Shown: in pieces, positions 25,839 through 38,800 of the stretch
Position numbering within the stretch: the stretch's first letter is position 1
Layout: each line of letters starts with the position of its first letter
DNA from: Laetmonice hystrix
Taxonomy: Eukaryota
Assembly (NCBI GenBank): GCA_965235115.1
Contig: OZ249446.1
Coordinates: forward strand, 8,804,001-8,868,000
Reading direction: 5' to 3'
Length of the DNA: 64,000 nucleotides
The notes under the pieces: model-generated
What the model saw: the letters and a program-made list of their open reading frames with translations, nothing else
Databases searched by the model: none
What the model was told of the DNA's origin: nothing
Program-made: the position numbers and the translations under genes

Positions 25839-27632
25839 CTGGTATAACTGTCGTCTCTGGATGACTCATCAGGACTAAACTTGTAGCGCTACCACAAGAT
25901 GCAATAACCAATAACTATACGCAAAGCTCGCTATGTGATTTTGTAGCGGGATCCATAGCTATTTTACAATATGTCGCCTACTATCTCTGCGATGTACGTA
26001 GAACCAGTTGTAAATATCCAATATAATGTCAAAAACTAAAAATAGAAACAAATGCCACCCCCCCCCCCCAACAAAACAACAATATTGTATCAAGGGGTAC
26101 ACGACGTCGTGCGGATAGACACGAAGGTAAGAGCACTCAAACATTTCGTAATATCGACCTGGTTCAGGACCTCAGGTCTGGATGAAGTGGTTTCCCTTGC
26201 AGATACCCTGTGTTCATAGGAAAGGTTTAAATTCTCAAAAAGCAGGCCAGAGCAAGCACCAAGGTGGCATCATGTGCTCAGTGCAGGCCTATCTTTGTTT
26301 GACTCCACTATAATTTATAGCTGCAGTCGGCGTATAATACTGTCGGGAATTGCTTCTCTTCCCTATATTTGTGCACACGTCTAGTTCCTAAGGGCGACGC
26401 CGAATTCCTAAACCGCTTCCTCTAGTATTGATCCGGTATTACCCCACAGGATGAACTAGATGATAGATGCCATAGCTTTGATAATCAAAATGCCCGCCAA
26501 TAGACCGAAAAATGTTAATTCGATATGCAACACATAGACGGAGCATGCCTTGAGGACAACGACCAGTGGGAGTGATGGTTCTATTTGTGGATAGTTACGT
26601 GAAGAATATGAACAGGTCTGTCCTTCATGGTGGACCGGTTATATTATGTATGCCACTGCCTGTGATCGATGTGTCCCCTTACAGAAACATTGGAGTGTGC
26701 TGACTGAAGCGAAACGTATCGACTGCATGTCTAACATGTTTATATTCTTTTGGTTGTCTCAGGGTCGATCATGTTTGCCTGCCTGGTCCCGCTGTGTCTT
26801 CAGGGGCTGACACGTATATTACATAGACACACCATTTACCGGGTAATTTTCAAGTAAAAAGTTTCTGACAGTTCGGGGGGAAAGAAGAGCACATGTTATG
26901 AAAGGTTCCGACGTGCCAAGTTCTCCGCCTCCCTGACATCGGTTTGAACCTTTACATCAACGTTACAACAAAAAAAGATTATCCATATTGGTTCCATTTG
27001 TGAATGTGTTGTAGAACACCCTTGGCGATATATAGAGATCCACTGGCCCTATCCCCCATAGCAATGTCGCCTTTACTGTAATCAAAAGGTTTCCAATGTC
27101 CCCTATCTACAAATTGGCCGTTACTCCGCGCTCTACAGGCACAGCAGTTTGCTTTGTGGCGACAAAGTGACATCGTTACGTGCACTTTGATCTGTTTCGT
27201 TTGCTGTACGGATCAAAGTATGTCCCCGTGGAGTAAAGAGATCGGGGGAGGCATGTAGAGAGACTACAGCGTTCTGTAGATGACATCAAACGTAGACAGC
27301 CGACATGGCTTTGTTTATTTCCATCGTGCATGGTCATGACGGTAAATACAAATAACAAACAACGTTGTGTATAGAGTTGAAAGGATGCGGTTACGGTACG
27401 GTCAGCAAGTACAACAGATGTAACAAAAAGTTGTCATTGGGAAGGTATTGTACTTGGAAGTTGGATCGTGTTAAAACTGCTCGCCCTTATCACAATCATA
27501 TATCTTGAATCGTGCGCGCGGTACTGCTAGTATGCAAGGCAGGTTTGTCAGGTTTATGAAATGAATATTTTTATTCACTACTGGATTTATGAAAGTCCAG
27601 TCATATCACATCAGTGAATTCGTCTGCATCTT

Positions 27633-30136
27633 GGAGGGCTTCTGGTTTATAATGTAACGTTAGACACTCCACTGAGACTCCATCTCTGAGATGATCTCTG
27701 AGGGCTTCTGGTTTATAATGTAACGTTAGACACTCCACTGAGACTCCATCTCTGAGATTATCTCGGAGGGCTTCTGGTTTATAATGTAACCTTAGACACT
27801 CCACTGAGACTCCATCTCTGAGATTATCTCGGAGGGCTTCTGGTTTATAATGTAACCTTAGACACTCCACTGAGACTCCATCTCTGGGATTATCTCTGAG
27901 GGCTTCTGGTTTATAATGTAACCTTAGACACTCCACTGAGACTCCATCTCTGAGATTATCTCGGAGGGCTTCTGGTTTATAATGTAACCTTAGACACTCC
28001 ACTGAGACTCCATCTCTGAGATGATCTCTGAGGGCTTCTGGTTTATAATGTAACCTTAGACACTCCACTGAGACTCCATCTCTGAGATTATCTCTGAGGG
28101 CTTCTGGTTTATAATTCGACCTTAGACACTCCACTGAGACTCCATCTCTGAGATTATCTCTGAGGGCTTCTGGTTTATAATGTAACCTTAGACACTCCAC
28201 TGAGACTCCATCTCTGGGATTATCTCTGAGGGCTTCTGGTTTATAATGTAACGTTAGACACTCCACTGAGACTCCATCTCTGAGATTATCTCTGAGGGCT
28301 TCTGGTTTATAATGTAACGTTAGACACTCCACTGAGACTCCATCTCTGAGATTATCTCTGAGGGCTTCTGGTTTATAATGTAACCTTAGACACTCCACTG
28401 AGACTCATCTCTGAGATTATCTCTGAGGGCTTCTGGTTTATAATGTAACGTTAGACACTCCACTGAGACTCCATCTCTGAGATTATCTCTGAGGGCTTCT
28501 GGTTTATAATGTAACCTTAGACACTCCACTGAGACTCCATCTCTGAGATTATCTCTGAGAGCTTCTGGTTTATAATGTAACGTTAGACACTCCACTGAGA
28601 CTCCATCTCTGAGATTATCTGTGAGAGCTTCTGGTTTATAATGTAACCTTAGACACTCCACTGAGACTCCATTTATGAGATTATCTCTGAGGGCTTCTGG
28701 TTTATAATGTAACCTTAGACACTCCACTGAGACTCCATCTCTGAGATTATCTCTGAGGGCTTCTGGTTTATAATGTAACCTTAGACACTCCACTGAGACT
28801 CCATCTCTGAGATTATCTCTGAGGGCTTCTGGTTTATAATGTAACCTTAGACACTCCACTGAGACTCCATCTCTGAGATTATCTCTGAGGGCTTCTGGTT
28901 TATAATGTAACGTTAGACACTCCACTGAGACTCCATCTCTGAGATTATCTCTGAGGGCTTCTGGTTTATAATGTAACCTTAGACACTCCACTGAGACTCC
29001 ATCTCTGAGATTATCTCTGAGGGCTTCTGGTTTATAATGTAACCTTAGACACTCCACTGAGACTCCATCTCTGAGATTATCTCGGAGGGCTTCTGGTTTA
29101 TAATGTAACCTTAGACACTCCACTGAGACTCCAACTCTGAGATTATCTCTGAGGGCTTCTGGTTTATAATGTAACCTTAGACACTCCACTGAGACTCCAT
29201 CTCTGAGATTATCTCTGAGGGCTTCTGGTTTATAATGTAACCTTAGACACTCCACTGAGACTCCATCTCTGAGATTATCTCGGAGGGCTTCTGGTTTATA
29301 ATGTAACCTTAGACACTCCACTGAGACTCCATCTCTGAGATTATCTCGGAGGGCTTCTGGTTTATAATGTAACCTTAGACACTCCACTGAGACTCCATCT
29401 CTGAGATTATCTCGGAGGGCTTCTGGTTTATAATGTAACCTTAGACACTCCACTGAGACTCCATCTCTGAGATTATCTCTGAGGGCTTCTGGTTTATAAT
29501 TCAACCTTAGACACTCCACTGATACTCCATCTCTGAGATTATCTCTGAGGGCTTCTGGTTTATAATGTAACCTTAGACACTCCACTGAGACTCCATCTCT
29601 GAGATTATCTCTGAGGGCTTCTTGTTTATAATGTAACCTTAGACACTCCACTGAGGCTCCATCTCTGAGATTATCTCGGAGGGCTTCTGGTTTATAATGT
29701 AACCTTAGACACTCCACTGAGACTCCATCTCTGAGATTATCTCGGAGGGCTTCTGGTTTATAATGTAACCTTAGACACTCCACTGAGACTCCATCTCTGA
29801 GATTATCTCTGAGGGCTTCTGGTTTATAATGTAACCTTAGACACTCCACTGAGACTCCATCTCTGAGATTATCTCGGAGGGCTTCTGGTTTATAATGTAA
29901 CCTTAGACACTCCACTGAGACTCCATCTCTGAGATTATCTCTGAGGGTTCTGGTTTATAATGTAACGTTAGACACTCCACTGAGACTCCATCTCTGAGAT
30001 TATCTCTGAGGGCTTCTGGTTTATAATGTAACCTTAGACACTCCACTGAGACTCCATCTCTGAGATTATCTCTGAGGGCTTCTGGTTTATAATTCAACCT
30101 TAGACACTCCACTGAGACTCCATCTCTGAGATTATC
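27633..30136. repeat. Minisatellite, 66-bp unit, about 38 copies
   Basis: Unit gagggcttctggtttataatgtaaccttagacactccactgagactccatctctgagattatctct. It produces the 22-aa periodic ORFs. Confidence 0.98.
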
Positions 30137-33100
30137 AACAACTAATTCTATTAAAGATCTTCTACTCAAGTCATCATTTTATCAACTAAAACTCTGCCAG
30201 TGCCGGCTTCTAACAAATTCAACAGTACTTAATCGATATTAACGGAAAGATCTGACTCAACTGAATCAGTTTGAAACACTTGAATCATTATACAAGTATT
30301 CTTAGTTTGTTGAAATAAACTTTGGATAGGTGTTAACGGACTCCGTCAATTCCCCCCAAATATGAAACGTACCTTTCATCCTTAGCAACATGATATTTAA
30401 ATATGGCGATCAAATAATGGCAGCAAATGTAAGAAAATTACAAGGTCCGTGGAGTTTACAAACCACCGCCATGGCAAACCTGCGTGGCTGCGTATAGCAA
30501 GGCCATTACCGATGGCACACGCTGCTCCGTACTACAACTACATGCGCACTTGTTTTGCTTCCAATTTATTACGGAATTGCAGGTAAATCTAGGTTGTTTA
30601 ATATGAGAGGGGGTCGATTTTGTGGCTTTTAATTGAAGGGGCTCCTTTAAATACATATATAATATTCAGTGTCGATGTGTAATGAACAATAATGCTTCAT
30701 TGAGAAATGTAGCTTGAGGTATTTAAGAGTTTAGACTTGGGAATTGTAATACGTGTATGGACAATAATGTACCCAGATCTATTAGATCAATTCAAGTGAA
30801 CTTTCGCTCCTCTTTCATTCTGGAAATAATTCTCTGCGCCTACCCCGAGGGTGTCGTAATTTATAGACCAAATGGTGGGGATGTCTCTTGTAATGTGTAA
30901 GAAATATTACTCTCATTGAAACGGAAGTCTCCGCGGAGCCACCAACTCGGGAATCGGTCTGGCTCATTGGGAGGAATGGATGACGATTGATGTCTCATCC
31001 TTGGTATGGTCCGCATGACTGAACCTGATCCAAGCGCCGGTTTACAATGCGAGTGGCCACCAAGTGCTGAAACGCTCCATTTGTCAGCCAGTTTCAATTC
31101 AAGCACGTATTATGGCAGAGTGACACTCTATAAATACATATCGCATCGCAGCCACATGACATGATAATTCAGCTAATCGGGCCGCAAAATGAGGGCGACA
31201 GCCATGTACGTGTCATGCCCGCTTATGTGCTCGCCTCATTATCGGGCGCCTGTAAATTTCACGGAAATCAACACCATCGATTGCTCCAGTTCTCACGGCC
31301 GCTGCAGCATGGCGCCACTGTCGAACAGTCTAAGTCAACACCCATTTATTGGACTAGTATAACTGCATTTGGCCACTAATTGCCGAGTAATTGTCAAATA
31401 TTTACTGCATGAATAGAGCAGGCATGGGGCATTGATCCAGTATAGACGCCCTTTGGTAAGACTACCTGCGTTCTACGTAGGCTATAATTTGAGCGGAGTC
31501 ATCAGACACCGTGATGACAATATGAGCTACGCAGTCCGTAATCAAATGACAATAGCTCGGTTGCCATGTAATGTTAACTGATGAGACTGCCTTGTGACGG
31601 GTACAGATGAAGTGTCGTGAAATCGTAAGCCTGATCCTGTAATCTAACTCTCATTGTATAACAAAGACCATATATAATCAATGCTCCTCTTGGGTCTGTG
31701 TTCCATACTTGGAGTAGATGTTCAAGAACTCATGCAGGGACAATTCCCAAAGAGAAGGCCAAGATGTAGTAGTCGGCGAACATGTGGTGATACGGTAATG
31801 TTGTTACACTTAACGTTCGACAACCCGCGACAAACCGCCATCCTCATATACTTCTTACAACCGAACCATTCACCAATGTACCGACTGTCGACAATCACTC
31901 TATTACACGAACCATTCCATCCTCATTGTCATTTCTCTAATCGCCTTCATTCTATTAGTTCATTTTATTACATGTAATATCTCTAGTCACACGTGTGCAC
32001 TATTGTCAGGTGTGTGTGGCGGGAGAGGGGGGGGGGGGGGGTTCGCCTCTCTGCCGTGGGCGCACGACATGTGCACGTTACTGACATGTTTGACAAGCAG
32101 ATATATCAACACTATTAAGTGCCAAGTGACAGATGGAAACTTTCCCGTGTAACGTTGTTTTTTTTGTTTGGTCTCAACCACCTGACTCACCAGCCAGTGT
32201 CCGATGTCAATTTATATGATCAGGAAAACCAGAAGCAGACACCTGGACAGTGGATCTTTGTCTGAGCGCGAGGTTGACCAGTTCACATTCATCTCCCGTC
32301 GTGTCCACTCTCTTACTCAGCAGTCGACCAGAAGTCATTTCCTGTCTGCGGAGAAACCTGCCACAACCCACGCATCACATATCTATGGAAACTGAATGAC
32401 AAATACTGGCTATATACGGCAACGGCAGGCTTTGAAAACATTGGATTGAGGCTTTACTTCATGGCTGCGTTTCCTTTTCTTGTAAGATTGATGCAGTCCT
32501 CGGTCCCAGCAGCGCCTCCAGAGTGACCTGGGCAAAATGAGCTCATCTTCATCTTTTCGCACCTCCAGGGTGCTTGTGTTCCTGCATATTGCAGACACCC
32601 ACAGGCGTGTATTATTTCAATGTTGTGCTAGGCAGTATGAAGTATAAGTAGGGATCCTAACAATATTTGTATATACCAGGTTTTTATATCATATAGCCAG
32701 CTGTGAACCAACACGTGGATAGATGGTGATCCGTGTGTGTGTCAATCAATGTTCCTGGCCAATGATTTATCCCAAGATCAGGGGACATGTGCTTTGACAA
32801 TGTTGACATCGATCAATTCAATGTCTATAGACAGGGCAAGGACGAAATAATGCATGCATTCTTTTCTGGCAGGGGTTGATAATAATATAATGGACAGGGA
32901 GGCGGGTAATAATGGCAGTTGTGTATTAATTCAGGGGTAAGCTAATAGTGTATGTAACTCTGTGTGGTACTTCAGTACAACCTGAGTTTATGACGTACTG
33001 CGTGCATGAGAACAGACACCTGCATCAGTTCGGCCTTGGTTATAACGTTACTCGTCCAACCTTCGCGCCTACGGTTGGTGCATTGCCCCACTAACACCAA

Positions 33101-35776
33101 ACGACTGGAAATGCTATACATAAACGTGACAAAGAAATGTCATATGCTTTGTTTGTGAAGGTTGTAGCAGGCTAATTTCACAACACAATAGGAATAACTA
33201 TATTTATTTATATAGGAATATGTCCCTGGGGTTAATCATTATAGTATTACATAGTGGGTAAACCGACCATTGTGATCTGAAGTCACATTCATAGAAATAA
33301 AGTAATGATTACCATGGAACATGATGGTGATGCGGGTAAGGTCTCAAAAAGTGTGCCATGTGTAGATATTATTTTAAAATGGAGACCTTATTATCAAGAT
33401 CAGTTTTACTCTCTATAGGACTTGGTTTCCGAGGACAACTGTCTGTCAGATATAATCACCAATATACATGTATATCTTCCCTCCCTTCCCCCCCCCCCCC
33501 CGATATATACGTTGTATTATCCATATACACGCCATCTGGCGGGTTGGCAATGGATACTTTCTGTTCTCCAAGGCTCATGATGATGCCGTGACACCCTGTG
33601 CCCGTGGATCTGCTCAATGACATCATTAAGTCTAAACACAGACTATGTTCTGTATAATGTATATCCGCCTATCATGACTGGAAGGCCTTCAAGAGCGAGA
33701 ATACATAATTAACTCGTCACTATGGACGTTATGTTACCTATACATATACATTACCCTCGCCTTATATAATAGTGCTGGGAAAAAATCTGGAGTTTCCGGC
33801 TGAGTCGGTATATAATTACCAAATGAGATATACATATTAATTCTGATCCCTATGCCCATCGACTCGCATAACGTATAACAAGATACCCTTCAAAAGACTC
33901 AAGTATATAGCAGCAGCAACGGCAGTCTTATATCCTCACACAGGACAAAAACATCCTTGATGTTTTATCATAGGCGCCTGGCCACCCCTCGCACATCATA
34001 GTCTGTGAGAAAACTTGGAATCAGAGCTCGGATCTAAACAAGTCAGGCCAGGCGGAATATGATAGCTCTGCCGGTGTACATGGCGTTTTATGTTGTCCGC
34101 AGTGTTTTCTACTATATTCTCACATAGGCCTACCGGGCCATTGAACACTTGCGGTCCCCAAGCAGTGGTCAGGATCCAGGGTCGGACGTGGACCAATTTA
34201 CTAAATAACAAGACCATTTTAATCTTCCTCACATCACAGATTCCCACATCAGAGTCGCAATGGTTTGTTTGGCTCCTCATTAATCTCTGACAGAAATTAG
34301 TGAACATTTGATACACCCCTGGTCTGAAGTCACATGTAAATCAGAGCCAGGGGTGGCGAGGCGCCGACCCTCGGGAGCCTGGGGGCAGACGCCTGTGCCT
34401 CGCCTAATTATCTGTATTTGGTGCGGTGTGCGCGTTGACACCAGAGGTTGCGTATAATGATATGCCAGCCACCAAGGTTAGAAAAGGGCAAAAAGCAACC
34501 ATTATTCTTTTTCAGTAGTTAATGTTGAAATAGGCGAGGCGTCGCCGCTGTGTTTCATTTCTGCGCTGGGAAAGGTCACAATTTTGGCCGGAGATTTGAC
34601 TGAAAGAGATTGTAGTCAGGAAGTCGGTACTGTCAGTAGTGGGACAGGAACTCATCACATGGGACCCGAAGGTTACGATCCGACCCCCACCACCACCACT
34701 AACACCGGATCATAAACCTTAACCAATGGCCTGAATTCACGCGAGCCTCCTATATACGACCGCCGTGCAGTAATTATTGTATAATGACGATTTGCCGTCC
34801 TCCCAGAACGTTGACGACATATAACGTTGTTTTAAGGGGAGCCAGTGAGCGGGTACTGCAGCCAACCACACAAAACTAGTACGTCATTTATTACAGTGGC
34901 GCCATTCACACAGTGTGGACGCAACGATTATTGCATAATCAGAATGGTCATTATTATCGGGGGTGTTAATGGTCCATAGTGGGCGATAATTGAGAAGACC
35001 CGCAGGGGAGAAGATAGGCCTAACCTATATAATATAGTATTTCATTCATAGATTCTCATTCGTTACAGAATATTATATGTATACATACATCCCTGTTATA
35101 TGTATGGTGTATGAGAATATAATATATTAATGTTGATATGTTTGGTATACATACATCATTTTTGCACATGTATAGTATCGTTTTAAGTCTAAAGTGTCTA
35201 GATGTGTTCCCTGTCAGGTATATCACGAAGCAATCATTTTAATGCTCAGCTTGGATACAACGCAGGGTTTGGACTTTTTGTCCCAAGACTGGCCCAACGC
35301 TCGACCTGTTAATATTGAGTAGCGTGCGTCACCTGTGTTTAATGTCAGAACCTGGGTGGGCTGGCAGGTAGGGTCAGTGATGGTCAGCAGCCGAGTGACC
35401 AATCCTTAAATCAGTGCACGCTCTCTGACATTGCCGGCGGATGGGGTCTTGCTCCTTGTCAAACCCAGTGTCAGGTCAGTCGTTTCACCTGCGGGTTACC
35501 ACATCTGGGGCCTTCAGTGGAGCATCTGGGCTTGGTGGAGGTTAGCAAACAAAGGCATACTTACACTGCTCTCTATGGCTTCCTTCCAGAATATCTCCAG
35601 GCGGAGGGTTTTTTTGGTGGTGGTGGGGGGGGGGGGGGGGTGATTTTGGTAAATTATGAATTTCATATAGACATCCTTCAGGGAAAGTCTGTCGTACTGG
35701 AGCGACATCACCGGGGTGACCCGGGCCGTCACGTGACCAGGGGTGAATGTTAAATGTCCTGTAGGTTCCAGGTTCG

Positions 35777-35878
35777 CGGGGTGGGGGTGGGTGGGGGCCG
35801 GGCGGGGTGAGGAGGGTGCAGGGCCGGGCGGGGTGGGGGTGGGTGGGGGCCGGGCGGGGTGAGGAGGGTGCAGGGCGG
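35777..35878. repeat. G-rich duplicated unit (about 50 bp, two copies) with many G-runs
   Basis: ggggtgggggtgggtgggggccgggcggggtgaggagggtgcagggc occurs twice. Confidence 0.85.
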
Positions 35879-38800
35879 TCCGCTGACCGCAAGCCAGGCA
35901 TCCTCTAGACGGGTCAGAACGACCAGCACCAAGTTACCGACCGCCACCACCGTTTGAAAAGTTTTCACTGGCGTCATTCAGTCCTCCCCCGCCCCGGAGA
36001 TCTAAAGTTATGGCTGGTCACACAGGTACACACGATAAAGGAGGATGTAGAAGAAATTACTACATTCATGGAGGAATGTACCTATAATAATACTGTCTTA
36101 TAATACAGATATCCATTGTACATTACAGGCTACAGAAGTCCATGTAACTGATCATTTCAGAACACCTCTCCGTGCTGAAGGTAAAAGCTGTCCTATGATT
36201 TGAAGCCATTGTTTCGGAGATCAAAGCATACACGTCGAATCTAGTTTATGGATATATATTATACTTAAACAGGGCTGACATATGTGGATACATTACTATC
36301 CATGGGAAACAATGACTGAGTTGGAATGCTCGAGTTAAACAGGAATTATACGCCTTCCTTGGTCATATTACATAGAAGTTTTGTCCTTTTTAACGCGATC
36401 ACTGTGCCTGGCGTAAGCCTACCTATTTGAAATTTCTTTAACTCAAAGCTTTGGATGGTGACTTTCAGGTGCGAAGCGTGTGGTTGGGAGGGTGTGTGTC
36501 TGTGATGGAGTTTGGCGGTGTTACCTGACCTGACTCTACTCGACAGGTCGCCCCAGGGCACAGCCGGGATCGAGGCCGGTGGAGCGGTGAAGCCGGTGGC
36601 GGGTGGGCGGTGGGGACGGAGATTCAGGTGCGATAAGGAAGGCCGGGTGTTAACGCCGACGTCAGCGGCTGCGGCATGCCCGGGAGCGGCTGCCGGGCCC
36701 GCCCGCCACCCCGGTCGGCCACTACTCGACTCGTACCGCTCCCCACGCCCGCACTGCCTCAGATCGCGGCTCCATCACACCCCCACACGATCCTCCAACC
36801 CTTTGACAGACTCAAGAACGGCTTGTCGCCAGCCGACACAAAGATCAGCTTTCACACAAAACACCTGCGATGACAAGGATGTGGTTCAGGGCAGAACGCG
36901 ATGCCTTTATGAGGTAATCTGGCGTATTCATCACTTCATTGTCTTCTGCTCCTCCTCTTCAGTCTGCCAGCCAAAACCTTTCACACGGCTTCGCACTCAA
37001 TTAGTGCGCCCTCTCATAAACACAGCAAAAAGTCTAGAGGTGACGATTTCAAATGATTTGGATGTAATAATTTTAGTCAGTTACCAACTTTACTAGGCCT
37101 GCATGAGTAGATGTTTTAATCCTAGCTTAATTGCCTTGATGACAGGAACGTATACAACATTACTAGTCGTGCATATATCACAGACCTCTGTCTTTATATC
37201 CTAATCCATTATCACAGCCGCCAATCTAAGATGCTTAAATCAGACAGCAGACAAACTGTTCGTCATATCTCACCAACGAATGGTCCCCGCTATTGAAGCG
37301 TCTCACTTCTTTATTGGCATAAAATGAGACGCTACTCGGAGGCATTTTGTTTTGTGACGGTGTGCTCGATGACGAACGGTCTAAACCACACCATGCCATG
37401 CAACGTCATACTCGAGCTTCAACTGTCGCATTGACACACTTGGTCGCCTAGCGACGCAGGCACATTATTTGATCCATGATATCTTTTATGTCTGCAGTAT
37501 CTTGTTTCTGGTGTCGGTTCTCGGCTGATATTGCAGAAGGACAAGATCCGGATACCTAAAACCGACATTTTCTAGTGGCGTCGGTCAGGTTTCACTCGAT
37601 AAAAGCGTAGAGACGTTTAGTGTAGGAGATAGTTCCTGCAACAAGACAATGTGCTTCTCTTGATCTCTGGTAGAGAACTCACCAAACGGAATACATGGTG
37701 CGATTGTATGTAGGTCGCAGTGGTTAGTGGTCTTCTATAAGCTCTGGTCTAACCCACCCCATCTCACAACCCCAGCAAACAGCCATGTCGGGTCAAATCT
37801 ACACACCCCAACCCTCATTAATATAACCATCCATATTCCCACCACAACATAATCCGAGCTTTCCCACTTTTTAAAAATTCAAACATGTCGGCTTTGCTCC
37901 ATTTCACCATTGGCAGCCAGCAGAGATCGCTGTTCATGTCCAAAGGGTATGGACGACATTTGGTCGCCGTAGTGCCGTTTGAAGTTTTGCCCTTGTGAAC
38001 TGCGTCACTGGCCCCTGGCTGTCTGCGCACGTCGACCGTCCACCTAACATCTCCTCCCTGCTCTGGTCTGCCACCTTCATCATGGACAAAATGTCAACTC
38101 CGCTCTGAATAAATCATTTCCTGATGACCGTGAGAGTTGGCTATTTGTACTCGCAGATAATTAGTCAACAGTGGTGTTACAGTGGGAAGGATGTATGTCG
38201 AGAAAAAGAAGAGCGTCCTTTAAAGACAAACGACATACGCATACACTCTCCCTCATCCAATGTGCCCATTTTATGTTACACCCCTCCCCCCAAACAAATC
38301 CCCCCAAACTTTTATTAGTTTGTGTCAACCTTTCTAAAGGCGAGACCAGACATTCCTCGCCATAGGTTCCCTGAGCAGACGGCAAGGCAGTTCTACTCCA
38401 CAAACTGGAGACAATGACCCAATGACAATGACCCAATGCCGGCAGGGGTGACTCCTGAAAAACAAGAACAACTACGGTTAAAAGGGAGAACTCCCCCGCC
38501 CCCTGCCCCCCCCCCCCCGATCTGCTCCTGATGCCGAGCACAAAAACGACCTGATGGCAGTGAGATCATTGCAGAGCCAGAATACCATCGAGTCGTCAGA
38601 CTTGCATTCGATGGATTTGTTTTCCGTTCTGAGAGGCAGATGGACAAGAGAGGAATTTTGATATAGCCCTACACATTTTTCTCTTTTTCTTTCTTTTCGC
38701 CATAGTTTCTGGATTTTCCTTTTGCCTAACCTTAAGACATATCCACGTCGTATAAAACTGTCTCCTTTGATATCTCCCAAAGCATTTAATTTTTTAAAAA

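Noticed and set aside
28386-29915. 509-aa and 265-aa ORFs as protein-coding genes
   Set aside because: They are translations of a 66-bp tandem repeat, broken by 1-bp deletions, with no splice or start context.
35565-35594. 30-nt phase 1-1 micro-exon for gene A (DILEGSHREQ) with a good gtaagt donor
   Set aside because: The acceptor is a weak GAG and no homology supports it. Only junction reads could rescue it.
37710-37760. tRNA/SINE A-box-like string ggtcgcagtggttag
   Set aside because: No B box or cloverleaf follows.
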